Notes: a model not told the origin generated them from the letters alone. A stretch of DNA of 32,000 nt from Paracoccus suum (GCF_003324675.1 NZ_CP030918.1:1320001-1352000), one strand, 5' to 3'. Positions 1 to 8,794 are shown, counted from the stretch's first letter. Translations and numbers: made by a program.

Positions 1-462
1 CGCAAGAAGCTGGCGAACTTCACCAAGTCGGAACTGCACCTCAACATCGTCGAGGTCCGCAAGCCCGAGATGGACGCACAGCTGGTCGCGGAATCGATTG
101 CCCAGCAGCTCGAGCGTCGCGTCTCGTTCCGTCGCGCCATGAAGCGCGCGGTTCAGAACGCGATGCGCATGGGCGCCCTCGGCATCCGCGTCAACGTCGC
201 CGGCCGTCTGGGGGGCGCCGAGATCGCGCGGACCGAGTGGTATCGCGAGGGCCGGGTGCCCCTCCACACGCTGCGCGCCGACATCGACTATGCCCTGTCC
301 GAGGCGACGACCCCTTACGGGATCATCGGCGTCAAGGTCTGGATCTTCAAAGGCGAGATCATGGAACATGACCCGCAGGCCCACGACCGTCGCGCCACCG
401 AGGCGCAAGAGGGTCCTGGTCCGCGCGGTCCGCGCCGTGATCGCGACCGCGACGCGCGCTGA
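1..462 (+). CDS. rpsC: 30S ribosomal protein uS3, C-terminal part (5' end lies upstream of the window)
   Basis: Frame 1 is open from base 1 ([51 protein letters not shown]...[30 protein letters not shown]), matching the conserved uS3 C-terminal domain. Stop TGA is at 460-462. rplP follows 13 nt later, as in S10 operons. Confidence 0.95.
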   Translation, partial: RKKLANFTKSELHLNIVEVRKPEMDAQLVAESIAQQLERRVSFRRAMKRAVQNAMRMGALGIRVNVAGRLGGAEIARTEWYREGRVPLHTLRADIDYALSEATTPYGIIGVKVWIFKGEIMEHDPQAHDRRATEAQEGPGPRGPRRDRDRDAR

Positions 463-475
463 GAGGTAGGAAACC

Positions 476-889
476 ATGCTGCAACCGAAACGGACAAAGT
501 TCCGCAAGCAGTTCAAGGGCCGCATTCACGGCGAGGCCAAGGGCGGGTTCAACCTGAACTTTGGCAGCTACGCGTTGAAGGCCACTGAACCCGAGCGGGT
601 CACCGCCCGCCAGATCGAGGCGGCTCGCCGCGCGATCACCCGCCACATGAAGCGCCAGGGTCGCGTCTGGATCCGGGTGTTCCCGGACGTTCCGGTCACC
701 GGCAAGCCGACCGAAGTGCGGATGGGTAAAGGCAAGGGCTCGGTCGACTACTGGGCGGCCCGGGTCCACCCCGGCCGGATCATGTTCGAGATCGACGGCG
801 TCGAGGACGACATTGCCCGCGAGGCCCTGCGCCTCGGCGCGATGAAGCTGCCGGTGCTGACCCGCATCGTCCATCGCGAAGACTGGTAA
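476..889 (+). CDS. rplP: 50S ribosomal protein uL16
   Basis: 137 aa starting [19 protein letters not shown], the canonical uL16 N-terminus and length. ATG 476 is preceded by the purine-rich GAGAGGTAGGA. Confidence 0.97.
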   Translation: MLQPKRTKFRKQFKGRIHGEAKGGFNLNFGSYALKATEPERVTARQIEAARRAITRHMKRQGRVWIRVFPDVPVTGKPTEVRMGKGKGSVDYWAARVHPGRIMFEIDGVEDDIAREALRLGAMKLPVLTRIVHREDW

Positions 890-910
890 GACAGTCCTTC
901 CCATGAAAGA

Positions 911-945
911 ATGCCCCGGCGGAAACGTCGGGGCATTTCCTTTTG
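911..945 (+). terminator. Intrinsic-terminator-like hairpin immediately after rplP
   Basis: ATGCCCCGGC (911-920) pairs with GTCGGGGCAT (927-936): 9 Watson-Crick pairs plus 1 G-U. The loop is GGAAAC, followed by the T-rich TTCCTTTTG. Confidence 0.55.
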
Positions 946-957
946 GGAGGTGGGGCA

Positions 958-1455
958 ATGACCGCGGACAAGGACCCGGACAAAAAGACGCCTACGAAAA
1001 AGAAGGCGATCAGCAGCGATGCCAAGTCGGAGGACGGCAAGGCCAAGAACGGCCCCCGCCTGCTGGCTGGCGGTAACCCCCAGATCCCGAAGGCCGATGG
1101 GGATGCCCCGGTCCAGGATTGGATCGCGGCGGCGCCAGGTTGGAAAAGCGACGTCGCGCGGCGCATCGACAAATTGATCGTCAAGACTGTTCCGGACGTA
1201 CGCAAGGCGGTGAAATGGAACCAGCCGTTCTATGGCGCGCCGAATGATCCCGGCTGGTTCCTGGGAATGCACTGCCTGACCCGCTATCTCAAAATCGCCT
1301 TCTTCAACGGGACCAGCCTCGATCCGCTGCCCCCTGCGGAATCCAAGAAGGCGACAATTCGATACCTTCACGTATTCGAGGACAAGCCGCTGGACGAGGA
1401 CCAGTTCGTCGAGTGGGTCTGCCAAGCGGCAAAAAGGCCAGGCATGAAGCTTTAG
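958..1455 (+). CDS. DUF1801/YdhG-like domain protein with a Lys/Asp/Pro-rich N-terminal tail (function unknown)
   Basis: 165-aa ORF. ATG 958 lies 7 nt after the SD GGGAGG (945-950); the ORF track's TTG 943 start is less likely. The C-terminal ~115 aa (VQDWIAAAPGWKSDVARRIDKLIVKTVPDVRKAVKWNQPFYG...YLKIAFFNG...IRYLHV) resemble the DUF1801 pattern from memory. The N-terminal ~50 aa are low complexity (DKDPDKKTPTKKKAISSDAKSEDGKAKNG). Confidence 0.6.
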   Translation: MTADKDPDKKTPTKKKAISSDAKSEDGKAKNGPRLLAGGNPQIPKADGDAPVQDWIAAAPGWKSDVARRIDKLIVKTVPDVRKAVKWNQPFYGAPNDPGWFLGMHCLTRYLKIAFFNGTSLDPLPPAESKKATIRYLHVFEDKPLDEDQFVEWVCQAAKRPGMKL

Positions 1456-1605
1456 GCCCACGTCAGGCGCGTCGGCCCAAGTTTACCCTTGCTCTGTGGG
1501 CCCCCAAGGTCTATGGGCAGGCCTTCGTCTCGAAACTCCACCGGGAATCAGGGTTTCCCTGCCATTCAGGGGCCCTCCGGTGATGTTGGTAAAGGAACAC
1601 GCGCA

Positions 1606-1812
1606 ATGAAAGCGCAGGAACTCAACGACAAGACGCCCGAGGCGCTGCGCGAGCAGCTGCTGGCGCTGAAGAAAGAGGCCTTCAACCTGCGTTTCCAGCA
1701 GGCGACGGGTCAGATCGCCTCGACTGCGCGCATGCGCGACGTCAAGCGTGACGTGGCGCGGGTCATGACCGTGTTGAACCAGAAAGCGGCGGCCGCCGCG
1801 GCTTCGAACTGA
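1606..1812 (+). CDS. rpmC: 50S ribosomal protein uL29
   Basis: [36 protein letters not shown] is the canonical uL29 sequence. ATG 1606 lies 8 nt after AAAGGAA. The longer ORF from 1489 adds 39 non-conserved residues and is rejected. Confidence 0.93.
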   Translation: MKAQELNDKTPEALREQLLALKKEAFNLRFQQATGQIASTARMRDVKRDVARVMTVLNQKAAAAAASN

Positions 1813-1822
1813 GGAAACCGCC

Positions 1823-2077
1823 ATGCCCCGTCGTATTCTGCAAGGCACCGTGACCAGCGACAAGAACGAGCAGACGATCACCGTCCTCGTTGAGCGTCGC
1901 TTCAAGCACCCCGTGCTGCACAAGATCGTTCGTTCGTCCAAGAAGTACCGGGCGCACGACGCAGCCAACCAGTTCAAGACCGGCGACACCGTCCGCATCA
2001 TGGAATGTGCGCCGATTTCGAAAACCAAACGCTGGACCGTGATGACGGACGAAGTGGCGCAAGCCGCCCAGTCCTGA
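1823..2077 (+). CDS. rpsQ: 30S ribosomal protein uS17
   Basis: 84 aa, [46 protein letters not shown], typical uS17. It starts 10 nt after the rpmC stop. Confidence 0.96.
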   Translation: MPRRILQGTVTSDKNEQTITVLVERRFKHPVLHKIVRSSKKYRAHDAANQFKTGDTVRIMECAPISKTKRWTVMTDEVAQAAQS

Positions 2078-2079
2078 GT

Positions 2080-2106
2080 CGCCCCAGTCGACGAAACCCT
2101 GGGGCG
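2080..2106 (+). other. GC hairpin in the rpsQ-rplN spacer (S10/spc boundary)
   Basis: CGCCCCAG (2080-2087) pairs with CTGGGGCG (2099-2106) around an 11-nt loop. There is no T-tail, so a terminator role is uncertain. Confidence 0.35.
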
Positions 2107-2147
2107 CGGTGCGGTAGCACCTGTCCCCAAAGGTCGGGAGCAGACCA

Positions 2148-2516
2148 ATGATCCAGATGCAGACGAATCTGGATGTTGCTGACAACTCCGGCGCTCGCCG
2201 GGTGCAGTGCATCAAGGTTCTTGGCGGTTCGCACCGCCGTTATGCTTCGGTTGGCGACATCATCGTGGTGTCCGTCAAGGAAGCGATTCCGAAGGGCCGC
2301 GTGAAGAAGGGTGACGTCCGCAAGGCCGTCGTCGTTCGCACCGCCAAGGAAGTGAAGCGCGAGGACGGTACTTCGATCCGTTTCGACGCGAATGCCGCCG
2401 TCATCCTGAACAACCAGGGCGAGCCGGTCGGAACCCGTATCTTCGGGCCGGTCGTGCGTGAACTGCGGGCGAAGAACTTCATGAAGATCATCTCGCTTGC
2501 GCCGGAGGTGCTGTGA
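2148..2516 (+). CDS. rplN: 50S ribosomal protein uL14
   Basis: 122 aa, [28 protein letters not shown]...[18 protein letters not shown], near-universal uL14 sequence. SD GGGAG lies upstream. Confidence 0.97.
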   Translation: MIQMQTNLDVADNSGARRVQCIKVLGGSHRRYASVGDIIVVSVKEAIPKGRVKKGDVRKAVVVRTAKEVKREDGTSIRFDANAAVILNNQGEPVGTRIFGPVVRELRAKNFMKIISLAPEVL

Positions 2517-2821
2517 TGGCTGCCAAGCTCCGCAAGGGTGACAAGGTCATCGTGCTGACCGGCAAGGACAAGGGCAAGACCGGTGAGATCACCACCGTCA
2601 TGCCCAAGGACAACAAGGCGGTCGTGGACGGCGTGAACATCGCCATCCGCCACACCAAGCAGTCGCAAGCCTCGCAGGGCGGCCGCGTGCCGAAAGCGAT
2701 GCCGATCGATCTGTCGAACCTCGCCCTGACTGACGCCGCCGGCAAACCGACCCGCGTCGGCTTCCGCATGGAAGGTGACAAGAAGGTGCGTTTCGCCAAG
2801 ACCACGGGGGATGCGATCTGA
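2516..2821 (+). CDS. rplX: 50S ribosomal protein uL24
   Basis: [25 protein letters not shown] contains the KOW motif. ATG 2516 overlaps the rplN TGA (TGATG). GTG 2513 from the ORF track is the alternative start. Confidence 0.94.
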   Translation: MAAKLRKGDKVIVLTGKDKGKTGEITTVMPKDNKAVVDGVNIAIRHTKQSQASQGGRVPKAMPIDLSNLALTDAAGKPTRVGFRMEGDKKVRFAKTTGDAI

Positions 2822-3381
2822 TGCTGGATCAAGCCACCTACACGCCGCGTCTGAAAGCTGCCTACCGGGAAACGATCCGGGCCGCGCTGAAGGAAGAGTT
2901 CGGCTACAAGAACGACATGCAGATCCCGCGTCTGGGCAAGATCGTCCTGAACATGGGTGTCGGCGAGGCGGTCAAGGACACCAAGAAGGTCAAGCAGGCC
3001 TCCGAGGAGCTGTCGCTAATCGCCGGCCAGAAGGCCGTCATCACCAAGGCAAAGAACTCGATCGCTGGCTTCCGGGTCCGCGAGGAGATGCCGCTGGGGA
3101 CCAAGGTCACGCTGCGCGGCGACCGCATGTATGAGTTTCTCGACCGTCTGATCACCATCGCGCTGCCCCGCGTCCGCGACTTTCGCGGCGTCAAGGGCAC
3201 GGCGTTCGACGGCCGTGGCAACTACGCGATGGGCCTGAAGGAACATATCGTGTTCCCCGAGATCAACTTCGACAAGGTCGATGAAGTGCTCGGCATGGAC
3301 ATCATCATCACCACCACCGCGAAGACCGACGCGGAAGCGAAGGCGCTGTTGAAGCATTTCAACATGCCGTTCAGCAGCTGA
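2821..3381 (+). CDS. rplE: 50S ribosomal protein uL5
   Basis: 186 aa, with ...[16 protein letters not shown]...[15 protein letters not shown]... as conserved uL5 blocks. The ATG overlaps the rplX TGA. Confidence 0.97.
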   Translation: MLDQATYTPRLKAAYRETIRAALKEEFGYKNDMQIPRLGKIVLNMGVGEAVKDTKKVKQASEELSLIAGQKAVITKAKNSIAGFRVREEMPLGTKVTLRGDRMYEFLDRLITIALPRVRDFRGVKGTAFDGRGNYAMGLKEHIVFPEINFDKVDEVLGMDIIITTTAKTDAEAKALLKHFNMPFSS

Positions 3382-3397
3382 TCGCGAGGGGGAACAC

Positions 3398-3703
3398 ATG
3401 GCTAAGAAATCCATGATCGAACGGCAGAAAAAGCGCGAGCGTCTGGTGGCCCAATATGCCGCCAAGCGCGCCGAGCTGAGCGCCGTGATCGACGATCAGT
3501 CGCTGCCGATGGAAGACCGGTTCAAGGCCACGCTGAAGCTGGCCCAACTGCCGCGCAACTCCTCGGCCACGCGCCTGAAGAACCGCTGCGAGTTGACCGG
3601 GCGCCCGCGCGCCTACTACCGCAAACTGAAACTCAGCCGGATCATGCTGCGCGAGCTCGGCTCGCAAGGTCAGATCCCCGGCCTCGTGAAATCGAGCTGG
3701 TAA
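3398..3703 (+). CDS. rpsN: 30S ribosomal protein uS14 (long, non-zinc form)
   Basis: 101 aa, [27 protein letters not shown]...[41 protein letters not shown]. Confidence 0.96.
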   Translation: MAKKSMIERQKKRERLVAQYAAKRAELSAVIDDQSLPMEDRFKATLKLAQLPRNSSATRLKNRCELTGRPRAYYRKLKLSRIMLRELGSQGQIPGLVKSSW

Positions 3704-3718
3704 GGGAGGGCGCGAGAT

Positions 3719-4111
3719 ATGATGAACGATCCTCTCGGCGATATGCTGACCCGCATCCGCAACGCGCAGATGCGCGGCAAGTCCACGGTCCACTCGCCCG
3801 CTTCCAAGCTTCGCGCCTGGGTGCTCGACGTGCTGCAGGCCGAAGGCTACATCCGCGGCTACGAGCGCGTGACCGAAAATGGTCACGAAACGCTGGAAAT
3901 CAGCCTCAAGTACTTTGACGGCACGCCCGTCATCCGCGAGATCGCGCGGGTGTCAAAGCCGGGCCGTCGCGTCTACACCGGCGCCAAGGGCATCCCGCAT
4001 GTCCGCAACGGCCTCGGCGTGTCCATCGTGTCGACGCCCAAGGGCGTCATGTCCGATGCAGCGGCTCGCAACGCCAATGTTGGCGGCGAAGTCCTCTGCA
4101 TCGTGTTCTGA
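3719..4111 (+). CDS. rpsH: 30S ribosomal protein uS8
   Basis: [21 protein letters not shown]...[20 protein letters not shown] is at 3702-3710. ATG 3722 is an equally possible start. Confidence 0.95.
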   Translation: MMNDPLGDMLTRIRNAQMRGKSTVHSPASKLRAWVLDVLQAEGYIRGYERVTENGHETLEISLKYFDGTPVIREIARVSKPGRRVYTGAKGIPHVRNGLGVSIVSTPKGVMSDAAARNANVGGEVLCIVF

Positions 4112-4124
4112 GGAGGGATAGGGA

Positions 4125-4658
4125 ATGTCGCGTATCGGCAAACGACCCGTCGTCCTTCCGCAGGGCGTCACCGCAAACATCGACGGTCAATCGATCGAAG
4201 TGAAGGGCCCCAAGGGCGTCCGCAGCTTCGCCGCGACCGACGACGTGACCCTCGCGGTCGAGGACGGTGCCATCACCGTCACGCCGCGCGGCTCGTCCAA
4301 GCGGGCGCGCCAGCAGTGGGGCATGTCTCGTTCGATGGTGGAAAACCTCGTGACCGGCGTCACCACGGGCTTCAAGAAAGAGCTTGAGATCCAGGGTGTC
4401 GGTTACCGCGCGCAGATGCAGGGCAAGACCCTCCGCCTGCAGCTGGGATACAGCCACGACGTGAACTTCGAGACGCCGGAGGGGGTGACCATCACTGCCC
4501 CGAAGCAGACCGAAATCATCATCGAGGGCGTGGACCAGCAGCAGGTTGGCCAGGTCGCCGCGAACATCCGCGAGTGGCGTGCGCCCGAGCCCTACAAGGG
4601 CAAGGGCATCCGCTACAAGGGCGAGAGGGTCTTCCGCAAGGAAGGCAAGAAGAAGTAA
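4125..4658 (+). CDS. rplF: 50S ribosomal protein uL6
   Basis: 177 aa, [31 protein letters not shown]...[13 protein letters not shown]. Confidence 0.97.
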   Translation: MSRIGKRPVVLPQGVTANIDGQSIEVKGPKGVRSFAATDDVTLAVEDGAITVTPRGSSKRARQQWGMSRSMVENLVTGVTTGFKKELEIQGVGYRAQMQGKTLRLQLGYSHDVNFETPEGVTITAPKQTEIIIEGVDQQQVGQVAANIREWRAPEPYKGKGIRYKGERVFRKEGKKK

Positions 4659-4670
4659 GGGGCGCTTGAA

Positions 4671-5030
4671 ATGGCACTGAACAAACGAGAGCTGTTCCAA
4701 AAGCGTCGCATGCGCGTGCGGAACAAGCTGCGTGACATCTCGAACGGGCGTCCGCGCCTTTCGGTTCACCGCAGCAACAAGAACATCAGCGTTCAGCTGA
4801 TCGACGACATGGCGGGCAAGACCCTCGCCGCGGCCTCCACGCTCGAGAAGGATCTCGGCGTGGTGGGGCAGAACAACCTCGAGGCGGCCGCCAAGGTCGG
4901 CGCCGCCGTTGCCGAGCGCGCGAAAGCCGCCGGGATCGAGGAAGTGATCTTTGACCGGGGCGGTTTCCTGTTCCACGGCAAGATCAAGGCCCTCGCCGAT
5001 GCCGCCCGCGAGGGTGGCCTGAAGTTCTGA
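4671..5030 (+). CDS. rplR: 50S ribosomal protein uL18
   Basis: 119 aa, ...[20 protein letters not shown]...[28 protein letters not shown]. Confidence 0.96.
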   Translation: MALNKRELFQKRRMRVRNKLRDISNGRPRLSVHRSNKNISVQLIDDMAGKTLAAASTLEKDLGVVGQNNLEAAAKVGAAVAERAKAAGIEEVIFDRGGFLFHGKIKALADAAREGGLKF

Positions 5031-5037
5031 TGATTGC

Positions 5038-5057
5038 GGGCGGCGGCAACGCCGCCC
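5038..5057 (+). other. 8-bp GC stem with GNRA (GCAA) tetraloop just after rplR
   Basis: GGGCGGCG (5038-5045) pairs with CGCCGCCC (5050-5057); the loop is GCAA. It is the first element of an unusually long 107-nt rplR-rpsE spacer. Confidence 0.4.
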
Positions 5058-5137
5058 CGATGATCCGGGAACCCTTGGGTTCACCAGGATCGGATTTGAT
5101 CGGCGCGCGATTGCGCCTGACCTGAAAAGGATGCCGC

Positions 5138-5743
5138 ATGGCAGAACGTGAACAGCGCCGGGATCGTGGTGGCCGTCGTGACGACCGCCGCGAAGAGACC
5201 CCGGAATTCGCCGACCGTCTGGTCGCGATCAACCGCGTCAGCAAGACCGTCAAAGGCGGCAAGCGCTTTGGCTTTGCCGCGCTCGTCGTCGTCGGCGATC
5301 AGCGTGGGCGTGTCGGCTTCGGCAAGGGCAAGGCCAAAGAGGTCCCCGAGGCGATCCGCAAGGCGACCGAACAGGCCAAGCGCGGCCTGATCCGCGTGCC
5401 GCTGCGTGACGGCCGCACCCTGCACCACGACATCGAGGGCCGTCATGGCGCCGGCAAGGTCGTGATGCGCACCGCGGTTCCGGGTACCGGCATCATCGCC
5501 GGCGGCCCGATGCGCGCCGTGTTCGAGATGCTGGGCGTCCAGGACGTCGTGGCCAAGTCGCTTGGGTCGCAAAACCCCTACAACATGATCCGCGCCACGA
5601 TCGACGGCCTCAAGGCCGAGGCCTCGCCCCGCTCGGTCGCGCAGCGTCGCGGCAAGAAAGTCGCCGACATCCTGCCGCCGACCGACAGCCACCGTCCCAC
5701 GGACGCCCATGCCGAGGCCGAGTCGGCCGCGGTTGAAGCGTAA
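5138..5743 (+). CDS. rpsE: 30S ribosomal protein uS5 (with Arg/Asp-rich N-terminal and acidic C-terminal extensions)
   Basis: 201 aa, with ...[48 protein letters not shown]...[13 protein letters not shown] as the uS5 core. Confidence 0.95.
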   Translation: MAEREQRRDRGGRRDDRREETPEFADRLVAINRVSKTVKGGKRFGFAALVVVGDQRGRVGFGKGKAKEVPEAIRKATEQAKRGLIRVPLRDGRTLHHDIEGRHGAGKVVMRTAVPGTGIIAGGPMRAVFEMLGVQDVVAKSLGSQNPYNMIRATIDGLKAEASPRSVAQRRGKKVADILPPTDSHRPTDAHAEAESAAVEA

Positions 5744-5754
5744 GAGAGGTTCAG

Positions 5755-5940
5755 ATGGCCACGATTACCGTCAAGCAGATCGGCAGCCCGATCCGCCGCC
5801 CCGCGATCCAGCGCGAGACCCTCAAGGGCCTCGGCCTGAACAAGATGCACCGCACGCGCGAGCTTGAAGACACGCCCGCCGTCCGCGGTATGGTCGCCAA
5901 GATCCCGCATCTGGTGCAGATCATCGAAGAAAAGGCCTGA
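5755..5940 (+). CDS. rpmD: 50S ribosomal protein uL30
   Basis: 61 aa, [47 protein letters not shown]. Confidence 0.93.
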   Translation: MATITVKQIGSPIRRPAIQRETLKGLGLNKMHRTRELEDTPAVRGMVAKIPHLVQIIEEKA

Positions 5941-5959
5941 TTTGCCAGGTTAGATGTGG

Positions 5960-5988
5960 GAAAGGCCGGGGTATTTCCCCGGCCTTTC
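5960..5988. terminator. Bidirectional terminator hairpin between convergent rpmD and the 6025-6645 gene
   Basis: GAAAGGCCGGGG (5960-5971) pairs perfectly with CCCCGGCCTTTC (5977-5988), a 12-bp stem with a TATTT loop. The A/T-rich stem ends give a U-tract in either orientation. Confidence 0.6.
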
Positions 5989-6024
5989 TCGTCTGCGGCC
6001 CTTGGTTCGCCTCGCTCGCCCGCA

Positions 6025-6645
6025 TCATTCGCTACAAGCGTAGACCGCGCCGCCTACGGCGACGACGGTGACCGCGGCCCCCGCCAGCACTGCGGGTGAG
6101 CTGGCGACACCGGCCGCCGCGCCGCCAATGCTGCCGAGCGCCTGGCCGATCATGGCCTTGGTTCCCGTCATCACCACCGCGCCTGCGGCGTTGTTGTTGA
6201 CCGTCTCGACCCCCTGAAAGGTCCGGCGCGCTGCCCCGCCGGTAATGGCGAGCGCGGCGTCGCGGGTCTGGTTGACCCGCTGGCAGACAGCCTTGCGGCG
6301 CGCCTTGCAACGGCCATAGGCGTCACGGTCGCCCACGTCATATCCGATGATGGAATCGCTGGCCTTGTCATGCTGCAGGCAGAACGGCTGACGCTGCTCG
6401 TCGCTCAATTCGGGCGTCAGCGCGCGCATGACGACATAGCTGGGGCAGGTGTCGCGCCCCCAGGCGGTAAAGATCGTCTCGCGCAGCGAGTAGTTGGCCG
6501 ACAAGCCGTCCTCTTCCTTGTCGTAAGCCAGCGGCATGTCGGTGCCATTGACCCGGGCCACGCACAGCACCGGATCGGCCGCCGCCGGAACCGCGAGGCA
6601 GGCAGCAGCGGCAGACAGGGTCAGGGCAAAAATAGTGATACGCAT
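6025..6645 (-). CDS. Hypothetical secreted Cys-rich protein with a Gly/Ala-rich (glycine-zipper-like) hydrophobic C-terminus
   Basis: 206 aa from ATG 6645, with strong SD AGGAGG 6 nt upstream. It has a Sec-type signal peptide, MRITIFALTLSAAAACLAVPAAA/DP. The mature part has 5 Cys before the tail (6 counting the penultimate-region C in YACSE). The C-terminus is GAVVMTGTKAMIGQALGSIGGAAAGVASSPAVLAGAAVTVVAVGGAVYACSE. I recognise no family. Confidence 0.65.
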   Translation of the reverse strand: MRITIFALTLSAAAACLAVPAAADPVLCVARVNGTDMPLAYDKEEDGLSANYSLRETIFTAWGRDTCPSYVVMRALTPELSDEQRQPFCLQHDKASDSIIGYDVGDRDAYGRCKARRKAVCQRVNQTRDAALAITGGAARRTFQGVETVNNNAAGAVVMTGTKAMIGQALGSIGGAAAGVASSPAVLAGAAVTVVAVGGAVYACSE

Positions 6646-6650
6646 GAAAC

Positions 6651-6691
6651 GCCTCCTGCCGGCAGCAGTGTCGTCTTGCCCGGCAGGAGGC
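6651..6691 (-). promoter_or_regulatory. Shine-Dalgarno-sequestering hairpin in the 5' leader of the 6025-6645 gene
   Basis: On the minus-strand mRNA, GCCUCCUGCCGG (from 6691-6680) pairs perfectly with CCGGCAGGAGGC (from 6662-6651), giving 12 bp and a 17-nt loop. The 3' arm contains the AGGAGG SD and ends 5 nt before AUG 6645. Confidence 0.5.
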
Positions 6692-6718
6692 AACTCACGT
6701 TAGATTTCCCGGCGGATA

Positions 6719-6740
6719 CCGGCGCCATCGCGGGCGCCGG
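6719..6740 (-). other. GC hairpin directly after the phoX stop
   Basis: CCGGCGCC (6719-6726) pairs with GGCGCCGG (6733-6740) around a 6-nt loop. There is no U-tail on the minus strand, so it is probably not an efficient terminator. Confidence 0.3.
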
Positions 6741-6754
6741 CACTGCCATCGCAA

Positions 6755-8794
6755 TCAGGCGCCGATTTTGCCGCCATTCTCACGGGTGATGACGATCGTG
6801 GCCGAGCGCGGCGGCTGCGCCTTGTCGCCATCCGGGAAGGTCGAGCCCATGTCGCCTGCGGCGAACTGCTCGGGTGTGGCATGGGCGCCCGGATGCTGAA
6901 AGTTCACGAACATGCTGGTCTGGTCCGGCGTGGTGATGACGCCAGTGCATTCTTGGCCCCAGGGGCCGGTCAGGAAACGCCGGATCTCGCCGGTGGCGGG
7001 ATCGGCGGCCAGCATACCGTTCATGCCGAATTCCTTCAGCGGGCCCTTATGTTCGGGGCCGATGTCGCCCATGTCGGTCTGGATCCACAGGCGCGAATCG
7101 GGGTCGCACCACAGACCGTCCGGGCAGGCGAAGATATTGTCTTCGCCCAGCGCGGCCCCGTCCGCGGTCTCGGAATGCTGGGGCGTTCCGGCGAGCACGA
7201 ACAGGTTCCAGTCAAAACCGGTCGCCGAGTGGTCACCATCCGCGTACTTCCAGCGGATAATGTGGCCAAAATTGTTCTCGGCGCGGGGATTCATCGCGTC
7301 GACCTGGGACTGCTCGCGCTTGGTATTGTTGGTCAGGGTGAAATAGACCTCACCGCTGGTGGGATCGACCGTGCCCCACTCCGGGCGGTCCATCTTGGTG
7401 GCGCCGGCCTTGTCGGCCGCGAGGCGAGTATCGACCAGGATCGCCGCCAGATCGGCAAAGCCGTTCTCGGGCGTCAGGCCGTTCTCGCCGGGTTTCAGCG
7501 CCAGCCATTTGCCGGTGCCGTCTTCCTCGAAGCGCGCAACATAAAGCGTGCCGCTGTCGAGGATATCGCCCTTGCTGCCGGCGGCGTAGGGGGCGTCCGA
7601 CACGAACTTGTAAATATATTCGAACCGCGAATCGTCGCCCGAATAGCAGACCACCGGCCGGCCTTCGACGGCGGGCGCGAAGACCACGCCTTCATGCGCG
7701 AACCGCCCCAGGCTGGTGCGCTTGACCGGCACCGAGGCCGGGTCCATCGGGTCGATCTCGACCATCCAGCCAAAACCGTTGGCTTCGTTTCGGTAGTCCT
7801 CGGCCGCCGACGCGCCCTTGGCCGAGATGTCAAAGCGGATCACCTCGTCCGCAGCACCCTTGGCCAGATGCCAGCCGTAGCGACCGCCCTTGGGATCGTC
7901 CGAGATGCCATAGCGCTTCTGCCCAGCCGACATCTCCGCGTCGGTGTTGGCGAAGTAGCCGGCCCAGTTCTCCTCGGCGGCCATGTAGGTGTTCCAAGGC
8001 GTCACGCCATAGGCACAGTTGTTCAGCGTCCCACGGGTGCGGGTGCCGTCGGGAGAAAAGCGGGTTTTCAGGTAGTCCGTGCCGCGAACCGGGCCGGCGA
8101 GCTCGATCTCGGTCAGGGCGGTGATGCGGCGGTTCATTGGATCTGCGGCGATGGCCCAGGCACCGTCGGCGCCGCGCTTGGCGCGATAGACCGAGACGCC
8201 ATGAGCATTCATTTCCTTCAGGACGTCGTCGTCCTCGCGGCTGCCGTCCTCGGCATAGACGACGTCGTCTGCGCCAAGTTCCATGCCTTTCCACTTTGCC
8301 ACATGCAGCAGGCGCGGCTCGATGTATTCGTGGTTCACGACGATCAGCCCGTCGGTGGACGAGCCGTCAATGGCGAAGAAATGCAGTCCGTCGTGGTGCT
8401 GGCCGATCTGCATTGCTTGGTCGGCGCCGGTGTTGGCTGGGTCAAAGGCGGGCATCGCGCCCACGATCGGCTCGCCCCAGGCGCCGAGGATCTGGACCTT
8501 GTAGCCCGGCGGCACGACCACGGTGTCGTCAAAGCTGACCGGTACCGCGTCGAAACCCAACAGGGCCGAGGGAGCGCTGGTGGCAGCAAAGGCGCCGCGC
8601 ACGCTCAGCGCGTTTCCGAAGAGGCCCGCGGCCATGGCCGCAATCCCGCCGGCCAAAAAGCCGCGCCGGCGCATGTGGCCGTCCATGACCTCATAGAATG
8701 TGCGATTGTTCGAGGTGTTGGTCTGACCCTCGTCACCATGCTCGAAATAGGGGGCGTGGCGGTGGTCGGGATAGTCGCGCTCGAAATCGTCCAT
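6755..8794 (-). CDS. phoX: PhoX-family (DUF839) Tat-secreted alkaline phosphatase
   Basis: 679 aa from ATG 8794 (SD AAGGAG upstream). The Tat motif HMRRRGFLAGGIAAMAAG is preceded by the long n-region typical of PhoX (TSNNRTFYEV). Conserved blocks remembered from PhoX are NNCAYGVTPWNTYMAAEENW, DRPEWGTVDP, FTLTNN, GHIIRW and PDGLWCD...LWIQTD. The upstream ORF extension to 8932 has no SD and looks non-coding. Confidence 0.9.
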   Translation of the reverse strand: MDDFERDYPDHRHAPYFEHGDEGQTNTSNNRTFYEVMDGHMRRRGFLAGGIAAMAAGLFGNALSVRGAFAATSAPSALLGFDAVPVSFDDTVVVPPGYKVQILGAWGEPIVGAMPAFDPANTGADQAMQIGQHHDGLHFFAIDGSSTDGLIVVNHEYIEPRLLHVAKWKGMELGADDVVYAEDGSREDDDVLKEMNAHGVSVYRAKRGADGAWAIAADPMNRRITALTEIELAGPVRGTDYLKTRFSPDGTRTRGTLNNCAYGVTPWNTYMAAEENWAGYFANTDAEMSAGQKRYGISDDPKGGRYGWHLAKGAADEVIRFDISAKGASAAEDYRNEANGFGWMVEIDPMDPASVPVKRTSLGRFAHEGVVFAPAVEGRPVVCYSGDDSRFEYIYKFVSDAPYAAGSKGDILDSGTLYVARFEEDGTGKWLALKPGENGLTPENGFADLAAILVDTRLAADKAGATKMDRPEWGTVDPTSGEVYFTLTNNTKREQSQVDAMNPRAENNFGHIIRWKYADGDHSATGFDWNLFVLAGTPQHSETADGAALGEDNIFACPDGLWCDPDSRLWIQTDMGDIGPEHKGPLKEFGMNGMLAADPATGEIRRFLTGPWGQECTGVITTPDQTSMFVNFQHPGAHATPEQFAAGDMGSTFPDGDKAQPPRSATIVITRENGGKIGA

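Noticed and set aside
6646-6693. Alternative TTG start at 6693 that would give the secreted protein a Tat-like n-region (GRRRFMRI)
   Set aside because: It is a non-ATG start with no SD, and it would have to be translated through the 12-bp hairpin. ATG 6645 has a perfect AGGAGG SD and yields a normal Sec signal peptide. I keep it as an alternative only.
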